Source: an uncultured Methanosarcinales archaeon
GTDB lineage: Archaea > Nanobdellota > Nanobdellia > Woesearchaeales > ARS49
DNA length: 64,000 bases
Direction: 5' to 3'
Assembly: GCA_964637115.1 (NCBI GenBank)
Contig: CAZWVL010000003.1
Location: forward strand, 32,001-96,000
Shown here: piece by piece, positions 9,336-18,461 of the stretch
Numbering within the stretch: the first letter of the stretch is position 1
Layout: the number at the start of each line of letters is the position of its first letter
Position numbers and translations under genes: made by a program
The notes under the pieces: generated by a model
Databases searched by the model: none
What the model was told of the DNA's origin: nothing
The model's input: the letters and a program-made list of their open reading frames with translations, nothing else

Positions 9336-10097
9336 ATGAAACGTCAATTCATACTTGTCATGGTTGTACTGTTGCTTATCGTCCAAGCTGTACACGCTTA
9401 TGGTTTAGCACAATATCCCTGGATATTCGCAGACAAAGGCGCATTTGATGTTTATTTTGTCATCGGCGAACATGCACCGGCACTGGATGTCGTAAGCGCA
9501 ACTGAACTATCAAGCGCACTATCAAAATATCCTAAAATCAAGCAGCAAATAGGATCTGCGGTTCTTGACACAGAAATATCTAATATAGAAATGACAAATG
9601 CGATAGTAATCGGAAGCCCCTGTGAAAACAAAGTTGCAGCAGAACTCGAAGGCAATCCTTCGCAATGCGATGAAGGCTTAGAGGCAGGAAAAGGATATGT
9701 TAAATTCTTTGAAGATAGACGACGCGAATTCCAGCAAGGAGAAAAACACTACAACCAAATACTCATTACAGGCAAAACAGCAGAAGACAGACATAAAGCA
9801 GCAGTCTGGCTCGCCAACAAGCCAGACACCTGGTTCAGCAGCGAACACATTGTGATGGTTGAGAGAAAATTACCTAAAGAAAAACCAAAAGAAAAACAAA
9901 ACACGCCCGTATCCGCAACTTACGAAACGTGGAAAAAGCAGGAAGAAACGATAGCAACCAAGCCTGTTGAGAAGCAGCCGGATATGACTCAACAGCCAGT
10001 CGAGAAAACCGTATTAAAAACATATGAATTCAGCACGCCAAAAAAAGAAATCCTCGTCGTTAGAATGATGAGGAAATTCATTGACTTCTTCAACTAG
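9336..10097 (+). CDS. S-layer-like secreted protein (Methanococcales/Thermococcales S-layer domain type)
   Basis: Signal peptide; VIGEHAPALDVVSATEL and AIVIGSPCENKVAAEL resemble S-layer N/C-domain motifs. Confidence 0.65.
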   Translation: MKRQFILVMVVLLLIVQAVHAYGLAQYPWIFADKGAFDVYFVIGEHAPALDVVSATELSSALSKYPKIKQQIGSAVLDTEISNIEMTNAIVIGSPCENKVAAELEGNPSQCDEGLEAGKGYVKFFEDRRREFQQGEKHYNQILITGKTAEDRHKAAVWLANKPDTWFSSEHIVMVERKLPKEKPKEKQNTPVSATYETWKKQEETIATKPVEKQPDMTQQPVEKTVLKTYEFSTPKKEILVVRMMRKFIDFFN

Positions 10098-10749
10098 AAT
10101 TTTTTGCACTTATTCCCAAACTCTTAAGTTTTCTATGCAGCGTTTCAAACCTTAATCCAATTTTTCTCGCAGTCTTAGAAATATTACCATCATTTTCTGT
10201 CAAAGCCTTAGTGAAATATCTCGTTTCAAACTCCTTTTCAGCTTCTTTCAGGGTTTTTGGAGTTTCAGGCAATTCCTTGGTGATGTTTTTTGACAAAGAA
10301 GGAGCCTGCTTGTACAACGCTTCGTACTTTCTCGGATTCAATGAAGTCTTGTAGTGTTCCAAAGATTCCTGAATAATGTCCTGCACTGCCAACTGCTTTA
10401 CATACTCGCCTTTCTGCAAAATTTCCCTGAACTTCTGCACTTCAATCTTCATCTCTGCAACAATCCTGTGAATGCTTCTTCTATCTACAAATGCAATTTT
10501 TGCAACTTCTGCGACATTGCCAAAGTTCAATTGCAGCAGATGTGCAACATACTCTCTTTTGAATTTCTTTTTTGCATCCTTGAATTTCAATCTTGTGTCA
10601 ACCTCAAATTCCAATAAAGAAGATTTTTTCAGCCTGTCAGAAATGTCAGTTTCAAGCTCGCTGACTGTAATGCCGAGGTTTTTCTGCATAGCTTCCTCTA
10701 GCATGGGCTTGACTTTGCTTTCAATAAGCCTCTCTAATTCACCCGCCAT
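10090..10749 (-). CDS. Protein with two Fis/NtrC-type (HTH_8) helix-turn-helix domains
   Basis: FKREYVAHLLQLNFGNVAEVAKIAFVDRRSIHRI and FETRYFTKALTENDGNISKTARKIGLRFETLHRKL. Confidence 0.75.
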   Translation of the reverse strand: MAGELERLIESKVKPMLEEAMQKNLGITVSELETDISDRLKKSSLLEFEVDTRLKFKDAKKKFKREYVAHLLQLNFGNVAEVAKIAFVDRRSIHRIVAEMKIEVQKFREILQKGEYVKQLAVQDIIQESLEHYKTSLNPRKYEALYKQAPSLSKNITKELPETPKTLKEAEKEFETRYFTKALTENDGNISKTARKIGLRFETLHRKLKSLGISAKNSS

Positions 10750-10829
10750 ATGCCTTTTTTGTCATACTTTCTAGTATATAAATCTTATGATTTAAATGTC
10801 GTAGTTTTTGTGATGGGGTAGAATACGAA

Positions 10830-10901
10830 CGGGCCGTGTGGGATTTGAACCCACGACCACCCGATTAAGAGTCGGGTGCTCTACCGCTGAGCTAACGGCC
10901 C
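10830..10901 (-). tRNA. tRNA-Lys(CTT)
   Basis: GGGCCGT acceptor stem, AGCTCAGCGGTAGAGC D arm, CCCGA-CTCTTAA-TCGGG anticodon arm, GGTTCAAATCC T loop; no intron, CCA not encoded. Confidence 0.96.
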
Positions 10902-11041
10902 ATAGATTGCGGTATTAATAACTCGTTTAAAAAACATTCGTCGCAGGTACGGCTATCAGTACACAAACCTTATTACTGCCAAAAAGCACATAGTACAAAG
11001 GCATCGGCATAAGCCGATTCGCTAAAAGAGGTGATAATTAA

Positions 11042-11272
11042 ATGGCAAAAGATATGTCAATGCAATGCAGTCCTAAGTGCATTATCTTGGGATTAATAGC
11101 AGCAGCATTAGCAGCAGGAGGATTATGGATGATCGTAGCTGCAATAATGAAACAGTGGTCCGGCATGATGCCGTGGACAAACGTCTTCCTGTGGTATTTC
11201 GGCGGATTCATACTTTTCAGCATTGGAAAGATGATGAAGATGAAATGCTGCAATTTCTGCAAGATGGCGTAA
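11042..11272 (+). CDS. Small two-TM membrane protein with Cys-rich ends
   Basis: GAGGTGA SD; two hydrophobic helices; KCCNFCK tail. Confidence 0.65.
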   Translation: MAKDMSMQCSPKCIILGLIAAALAAGGLWMIVAAIMKQWSGMMPWTNVFLWYFGGFILFSIGKMMKMKCCNFCKMA

Positions 11273-11399
11273 GCCAGTGCAGATTTTTTTATTTTTTTTA
11301 AGTTTTAGATTTACTGATGTTCTAAATATTTAGATGAATAATGGTTTGAACTGGAAGAGAAGGTGAAGAATTTTATATGAGTCCGCTTTCCTTCAGTTC

Positions 11400-11609
11400 A
11401 TGAACCTCAAAAGAATAACAGCGTATGTTTTGCTTATTTTAGGATTTGTTGCAATCATCTTTCAAAGCGGGTTTGGTTGTCTGACAATGTGGCTGGGCAG
11501 ACCACATACGTATCTCGAGAGGTTAAGCATACCGTGCATAACCATCTCGGTGATAATCGGATTAGCGCTGATGTTTATAGGAACAACCATGCTTAAGAAA
11601 TCTACGTGA
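11400..11609 (+). CDS. Small two-TM membrane protein
   Basis: ORF track; TATA about 20 nt upstream of ATG. Confidence 0.55.
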   Translation: MNLKRITAYVLLILGFVAIIFQSGFGCLTMWLGRPHTYLERLSIPCITISVIIGLALMFIGTTMLKKST

Positions 11610-11753
11610 TCAAGCATTCAATAATCCCTACCTTTCAGGATGGTCGATTCCAGCGTAACCTTTATAAATACCCTCTTCTTGGAAAATAATTGAGTGAGAA
11701 AAGGGAAAACACAAACAAAATACGTTTTTCTCACCTAATAATCCCAGTTAAGG

Positions 11754-12122
11754 GTGAAGGGGCAGATGAAGGGTTTAAAACCATTATTACCGACATTAAA
11801 GGAAAAGAAGCGGTATTTAGCGTTTGAAATCATCTCAAAAAGCAAAATAAAGGCTTTTTCAGAGGTTTCCAAGGCAATATGGAACGCAACGCTATCTTTT
11901 GCAGGTACGAAAGGAGCTGCGAAGATGGGAATCTGGGTGTTTCCAGAGAAATACAACATGACAAAACAACGCGGATTAATCAGGGTAGAGCACAGAAGTT
12001 TAGATGAGATGAAAGCATCACTAACACTCATAAAAGAGATAGAAGAACAGCCAGTGGTTGTGCGCTCAATAGGCGCTTCAGGCATCATGGCAAAAGCAGA
12101 ACAAAAATATGTAGCGGGATAG
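11754..12122 (+). CDS. rnp2: RNase P subunit Rpp14/Pop5
   Basis: PTLKEKKRYLAFEI motif; canonical position before psmA; start may be ATG 11766. Confidence 0.9.
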   Translation: MKGQMKGLKPLLPTLKEKKRYLAFEIISKSKIKAFSEVSKAIWNATLSFAGTKGAAKMGIWVFPEKYNMTKQRGLIRVEHRSLDEMKASLTLIKEIEEQPVVVRSIGASGIMAKAEQKYVAG

Positions 12123-12134
12123 GAGGGACAAAAA

Positions 12135-12893
12135 ATGGTGAAACGAGACGATGATATGGGCGGACAACCAATGCCTCATCAACTTATGGGGTATGACAGA
12201 GCAATTACGATGTTTTCGCCAGACGGCAGACTCTTACAAGTTGAATACGCAAAAAAAACAGTCAGACAAGGAAGCACAGCCATAGGAATGGTATGCTCAG
12301 ATGGTGTATTGCTGGTAGCAGACAAAAGAATTATTGACAAGCTCGTCATTCCAGAAAGCGTTGAAAAAATATTCCAGATAGACGACCACATTGCAGCAAC
12401 AGCTTCAGGAATTCTTTCAGATGCAAGAGTGCTGATAGAAAGAGCACAAGTAAAAGCGCAGCAGCATAAAGTGACGTATGACACATCGATTGATACAGTA
12501 AGCGTGGTAAAGGACATCTGCGCACTAAAACAAATCTGCACGCAATCAGGCGGCTTAAGACCATTCGGCGTTTCTATAATATTGGCAGGAATAGACTCGG
12601 ATGGTCCGAAACTCTTTGAGACAGACCCGACTGGCATTTATTTCCAATTCAGAGCTACAGTAATAGGAGAAGGAGAAACAGAAATTGAAGAAGTTCTGGA
12701 CAAAGAATTCAACGATAAAATGACGATAGAGGAAGGCTTGAAGCTGGCAGTGGATGCTCTCAACAAAATACTCGACAAAAACTTCAACGTTGATAGAGTT
12801 GATGCAGCATACATCACAACTGCAGAAAAGAAGTTTGTCAAAGTCAAGAAAGACAAGCTCGAAAAAATCCTCAAAGAAGTCAAGAAGAAGTAA
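12135..12893 (+). CDS. psmA: Proteasome alpha subunit
   Basis: GYDRAITMFSPDGRLLQVEYA signature. Confidence 0.97.
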   Translation: MVKRDDDMGGQPMPHQLMGYDRAITMFSPDGRLLQVEYAKKTVRQGSTAIGMVCSDGVLLVADKRIIDKLVIPESVEKIFQIDDHIAATASGILSDARVLIERAQVKAQQHKVTYDTSIDTVSVVKDICALKQICTQSGGLRPFGVSIILAGIDSDGPKLFETDPTGIYFQFRATVIGEGETEIEEVLDKEFNDKMTIEEGLKLAVDALNKILDKNFNVDRVDAAYITTAEKKFVKVKKDKLEKILKEVKKK

Positions 12894-12898
12894 AAATT

Positions 12899-13606
12899 AT
12901 GAGTGAAACGCTTAACCTTGCACGGCTCAAAAAAGCCTCAGACGTGTTTGAAATCGTGGTAAATCCGGACCAGGCTGTTTATTTTAGACACCATCCGGAA
13001 ACAAACATACGCGACGCGTTAGTATATCCTAAAATCTATTCAGACGTCAAAAAAGGACTTCTTGTACCAGAACAAAAACTGCGGGCGGTATTTGGCACAA
13101 TAGATCCGCTTGAGATTGCAAAACAGATAATCATCAAAGGAGACATTCAGGTTACAACAGAATACCGCCAGAGATTAATGGAACAGAAAAGAAAAAGAAT
13201 TATCGACATAGTTCACAAGCAAGGCGTAGACCCAAGAACAAACGCGCCTCATCCTTTGCAGCGCATAGAAGCAGCGCTAGAGCAATCAAGAGTAAGAATA
13301 GATGAATACAAAGCAGCAGAATTGCAAGTTCCTGAAATTTTGAAAGCATTAAGGCCGATTTTGCCAATAAAATTGGTTATGAAAGAACTAGACGTTGTTG
13401 TACCGGCAGAATACGCGCACAAAGTGCATCCAATAATCAAAGCATTCGGCAAAATACTCAAAGAAAGATGGGAATCAGACGGCAGCTGGAATGGAAAAAT
13501 CGAGATTCCGGGCGGACTTGAAACAGAATTTTACGACAAACTGAACAGCATGACACATGGCCATGCACAAACAACTCACGTTACTACGAAAGGTGAAGCA
13601 ACATGA
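12899..13606 (+). CDS. Ribosome maturation protein SBDS/Sdo1
   Basis: FEIVVNPD, DPRTNAPHPLQRIE motifs; synteny. Confidence 0.93.
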   Translation: MSETLNLARLKKASDVFEIVVNPDQAVYFRHHPETNIRDALVYPKIYSDVKKGLLVPEQKLRAVFGTIDPLEIAKQIIIKGDIQVTTEYRQRLMEQKRKRIIDIVHKQGVDPRTNAPHPLQRIEAALEQSRVRIDEYKAAELQVPEILKALRPILPIKLVMKELDVVVPAEYAHKVHPIIKAFGKILKERWESDGSWNGKIEIPGGLETEFYDKLNSMTHGHAQTTHVTTKGEAT

Positions 13607-14373
13607 AAGAAGAAATATTAGTACAAGACAAAGAAATAGTGGTTCCTGGAGAAACCATTGCCACAGGCATGAGTTTCCTACCGGGCAAAGGAGCCTATCG
13701 TGAAAACGACAAAATATTAGCCCAAAGATTAGGAATGGTAAGCGTGGAGGGCAAGGTAATCAAACTGATTCCCCTCGCAGGAAAGTACATTCCAAAGCTC
13801 AAAGATAGAATAGTCGGAAAAGTGTTTGACGTCCTGTTGAATGGATGGAGACTTGAAATAAACTCCCCATATTCAGCAGTAATGACTTTGAAAGACGCAA
13901 CTTCTGAGTTCATACCCAGAGGAGCAGACCTGACACAATACTACAGCCTTGACGAATATGTCGTGTGCCAAATTGTGAACGTCACCAGCCAAAAACTGAT
14001 AGACGTTTCCATGAAAGGACCAGGACTACGCAAGCTTAGAGGCGGAAGAATAATTGAAGTTAACTCGCAAAAAGTTCCGCGAATAATCGGCAAGGACGGT
14101 TCTATGGTAGGCATGATAAAACAAGCAACCGGCTGCAACATAATTGTCGGACAAAACGGCTGGATATGGCTTGACGGCGAACCACAAGGTGAAGTAACAG
14201 CAGTCAAGGCAATCAAAAAAATAGAAGAAGAAGCACACTTGGGCGGATTAACAGACAGAATGGCTGCATGGCTTGAAAAAGAAACGGGAGTAAAGGTAAG
14301 CCCGCAAGCAGCACCACAGGAACAACCAGCTGAAGAACCAAGTCACCAGCACCACTTTGGAGGATCACAATGA
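13603..14373 (+). CDS. rrp4: Exosome RNA-binding subunit Rrp4
   Basis: S1 plus KH domains; VPRIIGKDGSM, IIVGQNGWIW. Confidence 0.95.
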   Translation: MKEEILVQDKEIVVPGETIATGMSFLPGKGAYRENDKILAQRLGMVSVEGKVIKLIPLAGKYIPKLKDRIVGKVFDVLLNGWRLEINSPYSAVMTLKDATSEFIPRGADLTQYYSLDEYVVCQIVNVTSQKLIDVSMKGPGLRKLRGGRIIEVNSQKVPRIIGKDGSMVGMIKQATGCNIIVGQNGWIWLDGEPQGEVTAVKAIKKIEEEAHLGGLTDRMAAWLEKETGVKVSPQAAPQEQPAEEPSHQHHFGGSQ

Positions 14374-15068
14374 CTTACGCCAAAAGATTTGACGGAAGAG
14401 GAATGGATGAACTCAGACCAATGAGCGCAAAAGTAGGAATAATTCCAAGAGCAGACGGAAGCGCCATGTTCCAGATCGGAAAAACAATGGCATACTGCGC
14501 TGTTTACGGTCCACGCGATTTGCACCCAAAGTTCATGCAAAACCCAGAAACCGGGATTTTAAGAGTTAATTACAACATGATGCCATTCTCAGGCCACGGA
14601 GAAAGAGTAAGGCCTGGCGGCGGAAGAAGAAGCAAAGAAATCAGCATGGTAATGCAAAATGCATTATTGCCAGTATTGGATTTGAAAGACTATCCAAATG
14701 CAGTCGTTGACGTATTCGTCGAGCTGCCGCAAACAGACGCAGGAACAAGATGCGCAGCACTCTGCGCAGCAGCAATGGCACTTGCAGATGCAGGCCTTGA
14801 AATGAAAGACATGGTCTGCGCAGTTGCAACAGGACGCGTCGAGGACAAAATAGTGGTAGACCTAAACTACGATGAAGACTCACACGAAGACGGTACAGAC
14901 TTGCCTATTGCCATTCTGCCAAACTCAGGAAAAGTAACCCTGATGCAAATGGACGGCGAGATGACAAGAGAACAAGTCAACGAATGCGTCATTAAAGCAA
15001 GAGAAGCGTGCAAGAAAATCTATGAAGTGCAAAAAGCAGCACTCAAAGCACGCTTTAAGAGGCAGTAA
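14370..15068 (+). CDS. rrp41: Exosome core subunit Rrp41
   Basis: RFDGRGMDELRP, ADGSA, VYGPR, DAGTRCA. Confidence 0.95.
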   Translation: MTYAKRFDGRGMDELRPMSAKVGIIPRADGSAMFQIGKTMAYCAVYGPRDLHPKFMQNPETGILRVNYNMMPFSGHGERVRPGGGRRSKEISMVMQNALLPVLDLKDYPNAVVDVFVELPQTDAGTRCAALCAAAMALADAGLEMKDMVCAVATGRVEDKIVVDLNYDEDSHEDGTDLPIAILPNSGKVTLMQMDGEMTREQVNECVIKAREACKKIYEVQKAALKARFKRQ

Positions 15069-15069
15069 A

Positions 15070-15846
15070 ATGAACCAAGAACTTAAAATACACCTGCTCA
15101 GAGCATTACAGAAAAACGTACGCTTTGACGGCAGAAAAAACCTCGAGTATAGGCCAATCACTGTTCAATACGGCGTATCGGCAAGCGCTGAAGGAAGCGC
15201 CATAGTAAAAATTGGCGGAACCGAAATAATGGCTGGAGTAAAGTTAGAAACAGGAAAACCCTACCCAGACACGCCAGACCAGGGAAATCTAATGGTTAAT
15301 GCGGAATTACTGCCATTGAGCAACCCGGCATTCGAATCAGGGCCTCCAGGCGAACAGGCAACTGAAATCGCCCGAGTCGTGGACAGAGCGATCAGAGAAA
15401 GCAAATCAATAGACGTGCACAAACTCGTGATTGAATCAGGAGAAAAAGTCTGGAGCGTCAGCATTGACATCTGCACCATAAATGATGAAGGAAACCTGCA
15501 GGATGCAGCATGCCTTGCAGTACTTGCAGCACTGAAAAACACCAAGATGCCTAAATTAAACGAGGACAAAGATGTCGACTATGATGCAGAGAAGACCAAA
15601 GAAGGACTTCCACTGACTAGAGAACCGGTTGAAGTCACTGTTGTCAAAGTCGGCGACCAGTTCTTGGTAGATTTGCTCTCAGAAGAAGAGAAAGCAATTG
15701 AAGCAAGATTAACGGTTGCAATCACGGAGAAAGGCACGGTCTGCGCCATGCAAAAAGGCGGAGCAACTCCTCTGTCTCCAGAAGACATAGACAAGATGAT
15801 AGAAATAGCACAAAAACTTGCGCCATCGTTGCGCAAGGCACTATAA
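15070..15846 (+). CDS. rrp42: Exosome core subunit Rrp42
   Basis: RFDGRKNLEYRPI, EIARVVDRAIRES; start moved from 15022 to ATG 15070. Confidence 0.95.
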   Translation: MNQELKIHLLRALQKNVRFDGRKNLEYRPITVQYGVSASAEGSAIVKIGGTEIMAGVKLETGKPYPDTPDQGNLMVNAELLPLSNPAFESGPPGEQATEIARVVDRAIRESKSIDVHKLVIESGEKVWSVSIDICTINDEGNLQDAACLAVLAALKNTKMPKLNEDKDVDYDAEKTKEGLPLTREPVEVTVVKVGDQFLVDLLSEEEKAIEARLTVAITEKGTVCAMQKGGATPLSPEDIDKMIEIAQKLAPSLRKAL

Positions 15847-15856
15847 GGTGGTGGCA

Positions 15857-16078
15857 ATGGAAAAACATACAAAATACGAAATCGCACGAATGATAGGAAG
15901 CAGAGCACTGCAAATCAGCATGGGAGCACCATTCTTGGTAAAAATGACTGAGAAAGACCTCGAAGCAATCGGATTCAATCCAATCGAGATTGCCAAAAGA
16001 GAATACGAACAAGGCGTACTGCCAATCACTGTTCGCAGGCCTCTTCCAAAACGCGCAGAAAAAGCAGCTGCAGCGTAA
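15857..16078 (+). CDS. rpoK: RNA polymerase subunit K (Rpo6)
   Basis: TKYEIARMIGSRALQISMGAP; start moved to ATG 15857 after GGTGG SD. Confidence 0.95.
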   Translation: MEKHTKYEIARMIGSRALQISMGAPFLVKMTEKDLEAIGFNPIEIAKREYEQGVLPITVRRPLPKRAEKAAAA

Positions 16079-16094
16079 ATTTTTTATTTTTTCC

Positions 16095-16143
16095 TCGAAA
16101 ATGCAAAGCATTTTCGATGGTCATCAAAAACCTACGTTTTTGA
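16095..16143. repeat. REP-like double-hairpin element, copy 2
   Basis: TCGAAAATGC-aaa-GCATTTTCGA, TGGTCA linker, TCAAAAAC-ctac-GTTTTTGA. Confidence 0.65.
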
Positions 16144-16146
16144 GAT

Positions 16147-16422
16147 ATGAATACGATAACTGATGAAAAACTGGACAAGTACTTCGACATTACTTCTCGG
16201 GCGCTGAAAAAAGTAAAAATAGTTACAGAGCACAAAAAACAAGCAGAAGACGCTTTGGATATGGCAAGACGCTATTTCTCAGACGCGCAGCACTTTCGTG
16301 CAAAAGGCGACTACATCAACGCTTTTGCAGCAGTAAATTATGCCCACGGATGGTTGGATGCTGGTGCAAGATTGGGGTTATTTGACGTCGGGCACGATTC
16401 AGAGTTGTTTACGGTGGATTAA
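16147..16422 (+). CDS. DUF357 family protein
   Basis: ARRYFSDAQHF...AFAAVNYAHGWLDAGARLG. Confidence 0.85.
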   Translation: MNTITDEKLDKYFDITSRALKKVKIVTEHKKQAEDALDMARRYFSDAQHFRAKGDYINAFAAVNYAHGWLDAGARLGLFDVGHDSELFTVD

Positions 16423-16450
16423 GCTGTCGTATCTTCTGGACTGGAATCGG

Positions 16451-16993
16451 CTAACTCGCCTTTCTGTGCGTGCCATCTTCTGGACTTGCATCAGCTGACT
16501 CTTCTGGACTTGAGTCAACTTCCTCTCCCTTCTGTGCGTAATAGTTTGCACGGGCAGAAAAGTATGCGGATAAATCCGAAGATTTCATTGCCACAAGACA
16601 ATCCTTTTCGGGAACGAATTTAATATAAGAAGGTGATTCTTCAGGTTTGAATTTTGACAGGTGTTTTTCGGGCAAGTGCAAGTATGTTTCAACAACAACA
16701 CGTTTGCCATTCAGCCAATAACCGAGATCAATTCTTCTCTCCCATTCCATGCCCATTGACACCCAGCGATATATCTTTGCAGGGTCGCATTTGGGATTTA
16801 TTCTTTCAGCATCGTTAAGCAAACGGTTGGCCACATTGCGCATGCCACGAGCAGTGCCCAGCAATATAAGTTCCATGCTTCCATGATCAAAATTCCTTAT
16901 GAAAATCTCATTATCAGGCAGATGTGCAGTGGCATTTCTAGGAATATACAAAGTATTCTTTCCCAGCAACATACCTGTGTAAAATTCTTGCAT
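16451..16993 (-). CDS. Hypothetical protein
   Basis: ORF track; acidic C-terminal tail. Confidence 0.6.
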   Translation of the reverse strand: MQEFYTGMLLGKNTLYIPRNATAHLPDNEIFIRNFDHGSMELILLGTARGMRNVANRLLNDAERINPKCDPAKIYRWVSMGMEWERRIDLGYWLNGKRVVVETYLHLPEKHLSKFKPEESPSYIKFVPEKDCLVAMKSSDLSAYFSARANYYAQKGEEVDSSPEESADASPEDGTHRKAS

Positions 16994-17089
16994 GATGGTA
17001 GTTCTTATGTTTCAACTTAAAAACCTTTCTTTTTTGCCCCCTTGGAGTGGTTAAACTCTCTTATATAGGATTACTTTTAAAGATAAAGT

Positions 17090-17635
17090 ATGCGGCCGAT
17101 AGTAAAGGAAGACATTCTTGCAGTTCTGAAACAAGTAATTGATGCACTGAAAAAAGAAGACTACTCGGCACTTTCAGAACTAAGTAACCACACAATACAC
17201 GATGCGAGCATCTTCCAGGAAGACGACCCGTTGACATTGGCAGTGCTCATTTACTCATTATCGAAATGCATACAGCGCTGCATTGAGCGCAGACAGGCAT
17301 GCCCTGCAGTAATTCCTTCACTGCAAAAGGCACACGAAGCACTTTCAAATGACGATGACAACGCGTATAGGGCGGCCATCAAAAATTTGCTTAGAGAAAT
17401 CGGCGAAATGGACGCGCAGCTCAAATTATACATACAAGAAGTGGTTGAGAAAGCCAAAATAAAAAAAGCAAGCAAACTATACGAGCACGGAATTTCCATA
17501 GCAAGAACAGCAGAATTATTAGGAATCAGCCAGTGGGAGCTGCAAAATTACATCGGAAAAACAGTCACTGATGTACCGCACGACGGAATAAAAGTAGGAG
17601 AACGCTTGCGGCGAGCACGGGAGCTGTTCCGATGA
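17090..17635 (+). CDS. Helical protein with C-terminal UPF0175-like HTH (putative antitoxin)
   Basis: LYEHGISIARTAELLGISQWEL HTH; ATGA overlap with the PIN gene. Confidence 0.55.
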   Translation: MRPIVKEDILAVLKQVIDALKKEDYSALSELSNHTIHDASIFQEDDPLTLAVLIYSLSKCIQRCIERRQACPAVIPSLQKAHEALSNDDDNAYRAAIKNLLREIGEMDAQLKLYIQEVVEKAKIKKASKLYEHGISIARTAELLGISQWELQNYIGKTVTDVPHDGIKVGERLRRARELFR

Positions 17636-18321
17636 AGACGTTAATCTTTGATTCAGGCCCGATAATCAGTCTATCAACAAGCAATTTACTCTGGCTGCTA
17701 GAAGTACTCAAGAAAAAATTCAACGGCAGTTTTGCAATGACTGAAGGAGTAAAAAGAGAGCTCGTTGACCGACCATTGGAAACACTGCGTTTTAAATTTG
17801 AAGCACTGCAAGTGCAGAGCCTAATAGAAAAAAGAGTTTTAGACGTCATCAAGGATGAAGCAGTAAAGAAAAAAGCTCATGAGCTGCTTACTTTAGCAAA
17901 TTCAATATTATCAGCACACGGACAAAATATCAAAATAGTGCAGACAGGCGAAATGGAAACACTTGCTGCAGCACTTTTGTACAAAGCAGAAACAATTGTT
18001 ATAGATGAACGAATAACCAGAACTTTGCTTGAGAATCCAAAAGGACTTCAATTGTTGATGGAAAAAAGACTCCACATGCAATTAAAGCTGAATGAAAGAG
18101 CGCTGAGTGAATTTGAAACGCAAACAAGGCAGGTAGTAGTCATTAGAAGCATAGAACTTGTCACAATTGCCTATGAACTTGGAATGCTTGATAATCTCGT
18201 TGTAGGCATACCAAATGCCAGACGCGAATTAATCGAAAGCATACTTTGGAGCGTAAAACTCAATGGCTGTTCAGTCACGGAAGACGAAATAAACACGATA
18301 GTCAGGGCGGAAAAGTTGTAA
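17632..18321 (+). CDS. PIN-domain protein (DUF3368-like)
   Basis: LIFDSGPIISL, VKRELV, GEMETLA, IVIDERITR acidic PIN residues. Confidence 0.7.
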   Translation: MKTLIFDSGPIISLSTSNLLWLLEVLKKKFNGSFAMTEGVKRELVDRPLETLRFKFEALQVQSLIEKRVLDVIKDEAVKKKAHELLTLANSILSAHGQNIKIVQTGEMETLAAALLYKAETIVIDERITRTLLENPKGLQLLMEKRLHMQLKLNERALSEFETQTRQVVVIRSIELVTIAYELGMLDNLVVGIPNARRELIESILWSVKLNGCSVTEDEINTIVRAEKL

Positions 18322-18461
18322 AGTACTTACACAAAGTTTATAAGCAACTTCTGCGTGAATTTATTAAAATTTAAAAAAGGGTCTGAGAATAAGAGACAAA
18401 TGTTCAATTCTGGCGTTCTTTCTTCGCAGACGTACGTATCTGCAACGATGGTGATGTTTTA

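Noticed and set aside
10750-11040. tRNA-Lys as an integration site for an island
   Set aside because: No integrase and no duplicated tRNA 3' end found in the window
11694-11734. 9-bp stem (GTGAGAAAA/TTTTCTCAC) in the leader of rnp2; RNase P RNA considered
   Set aside because: AT-rich, far too short for RNase P RNA and no conserved motifs; could be chance
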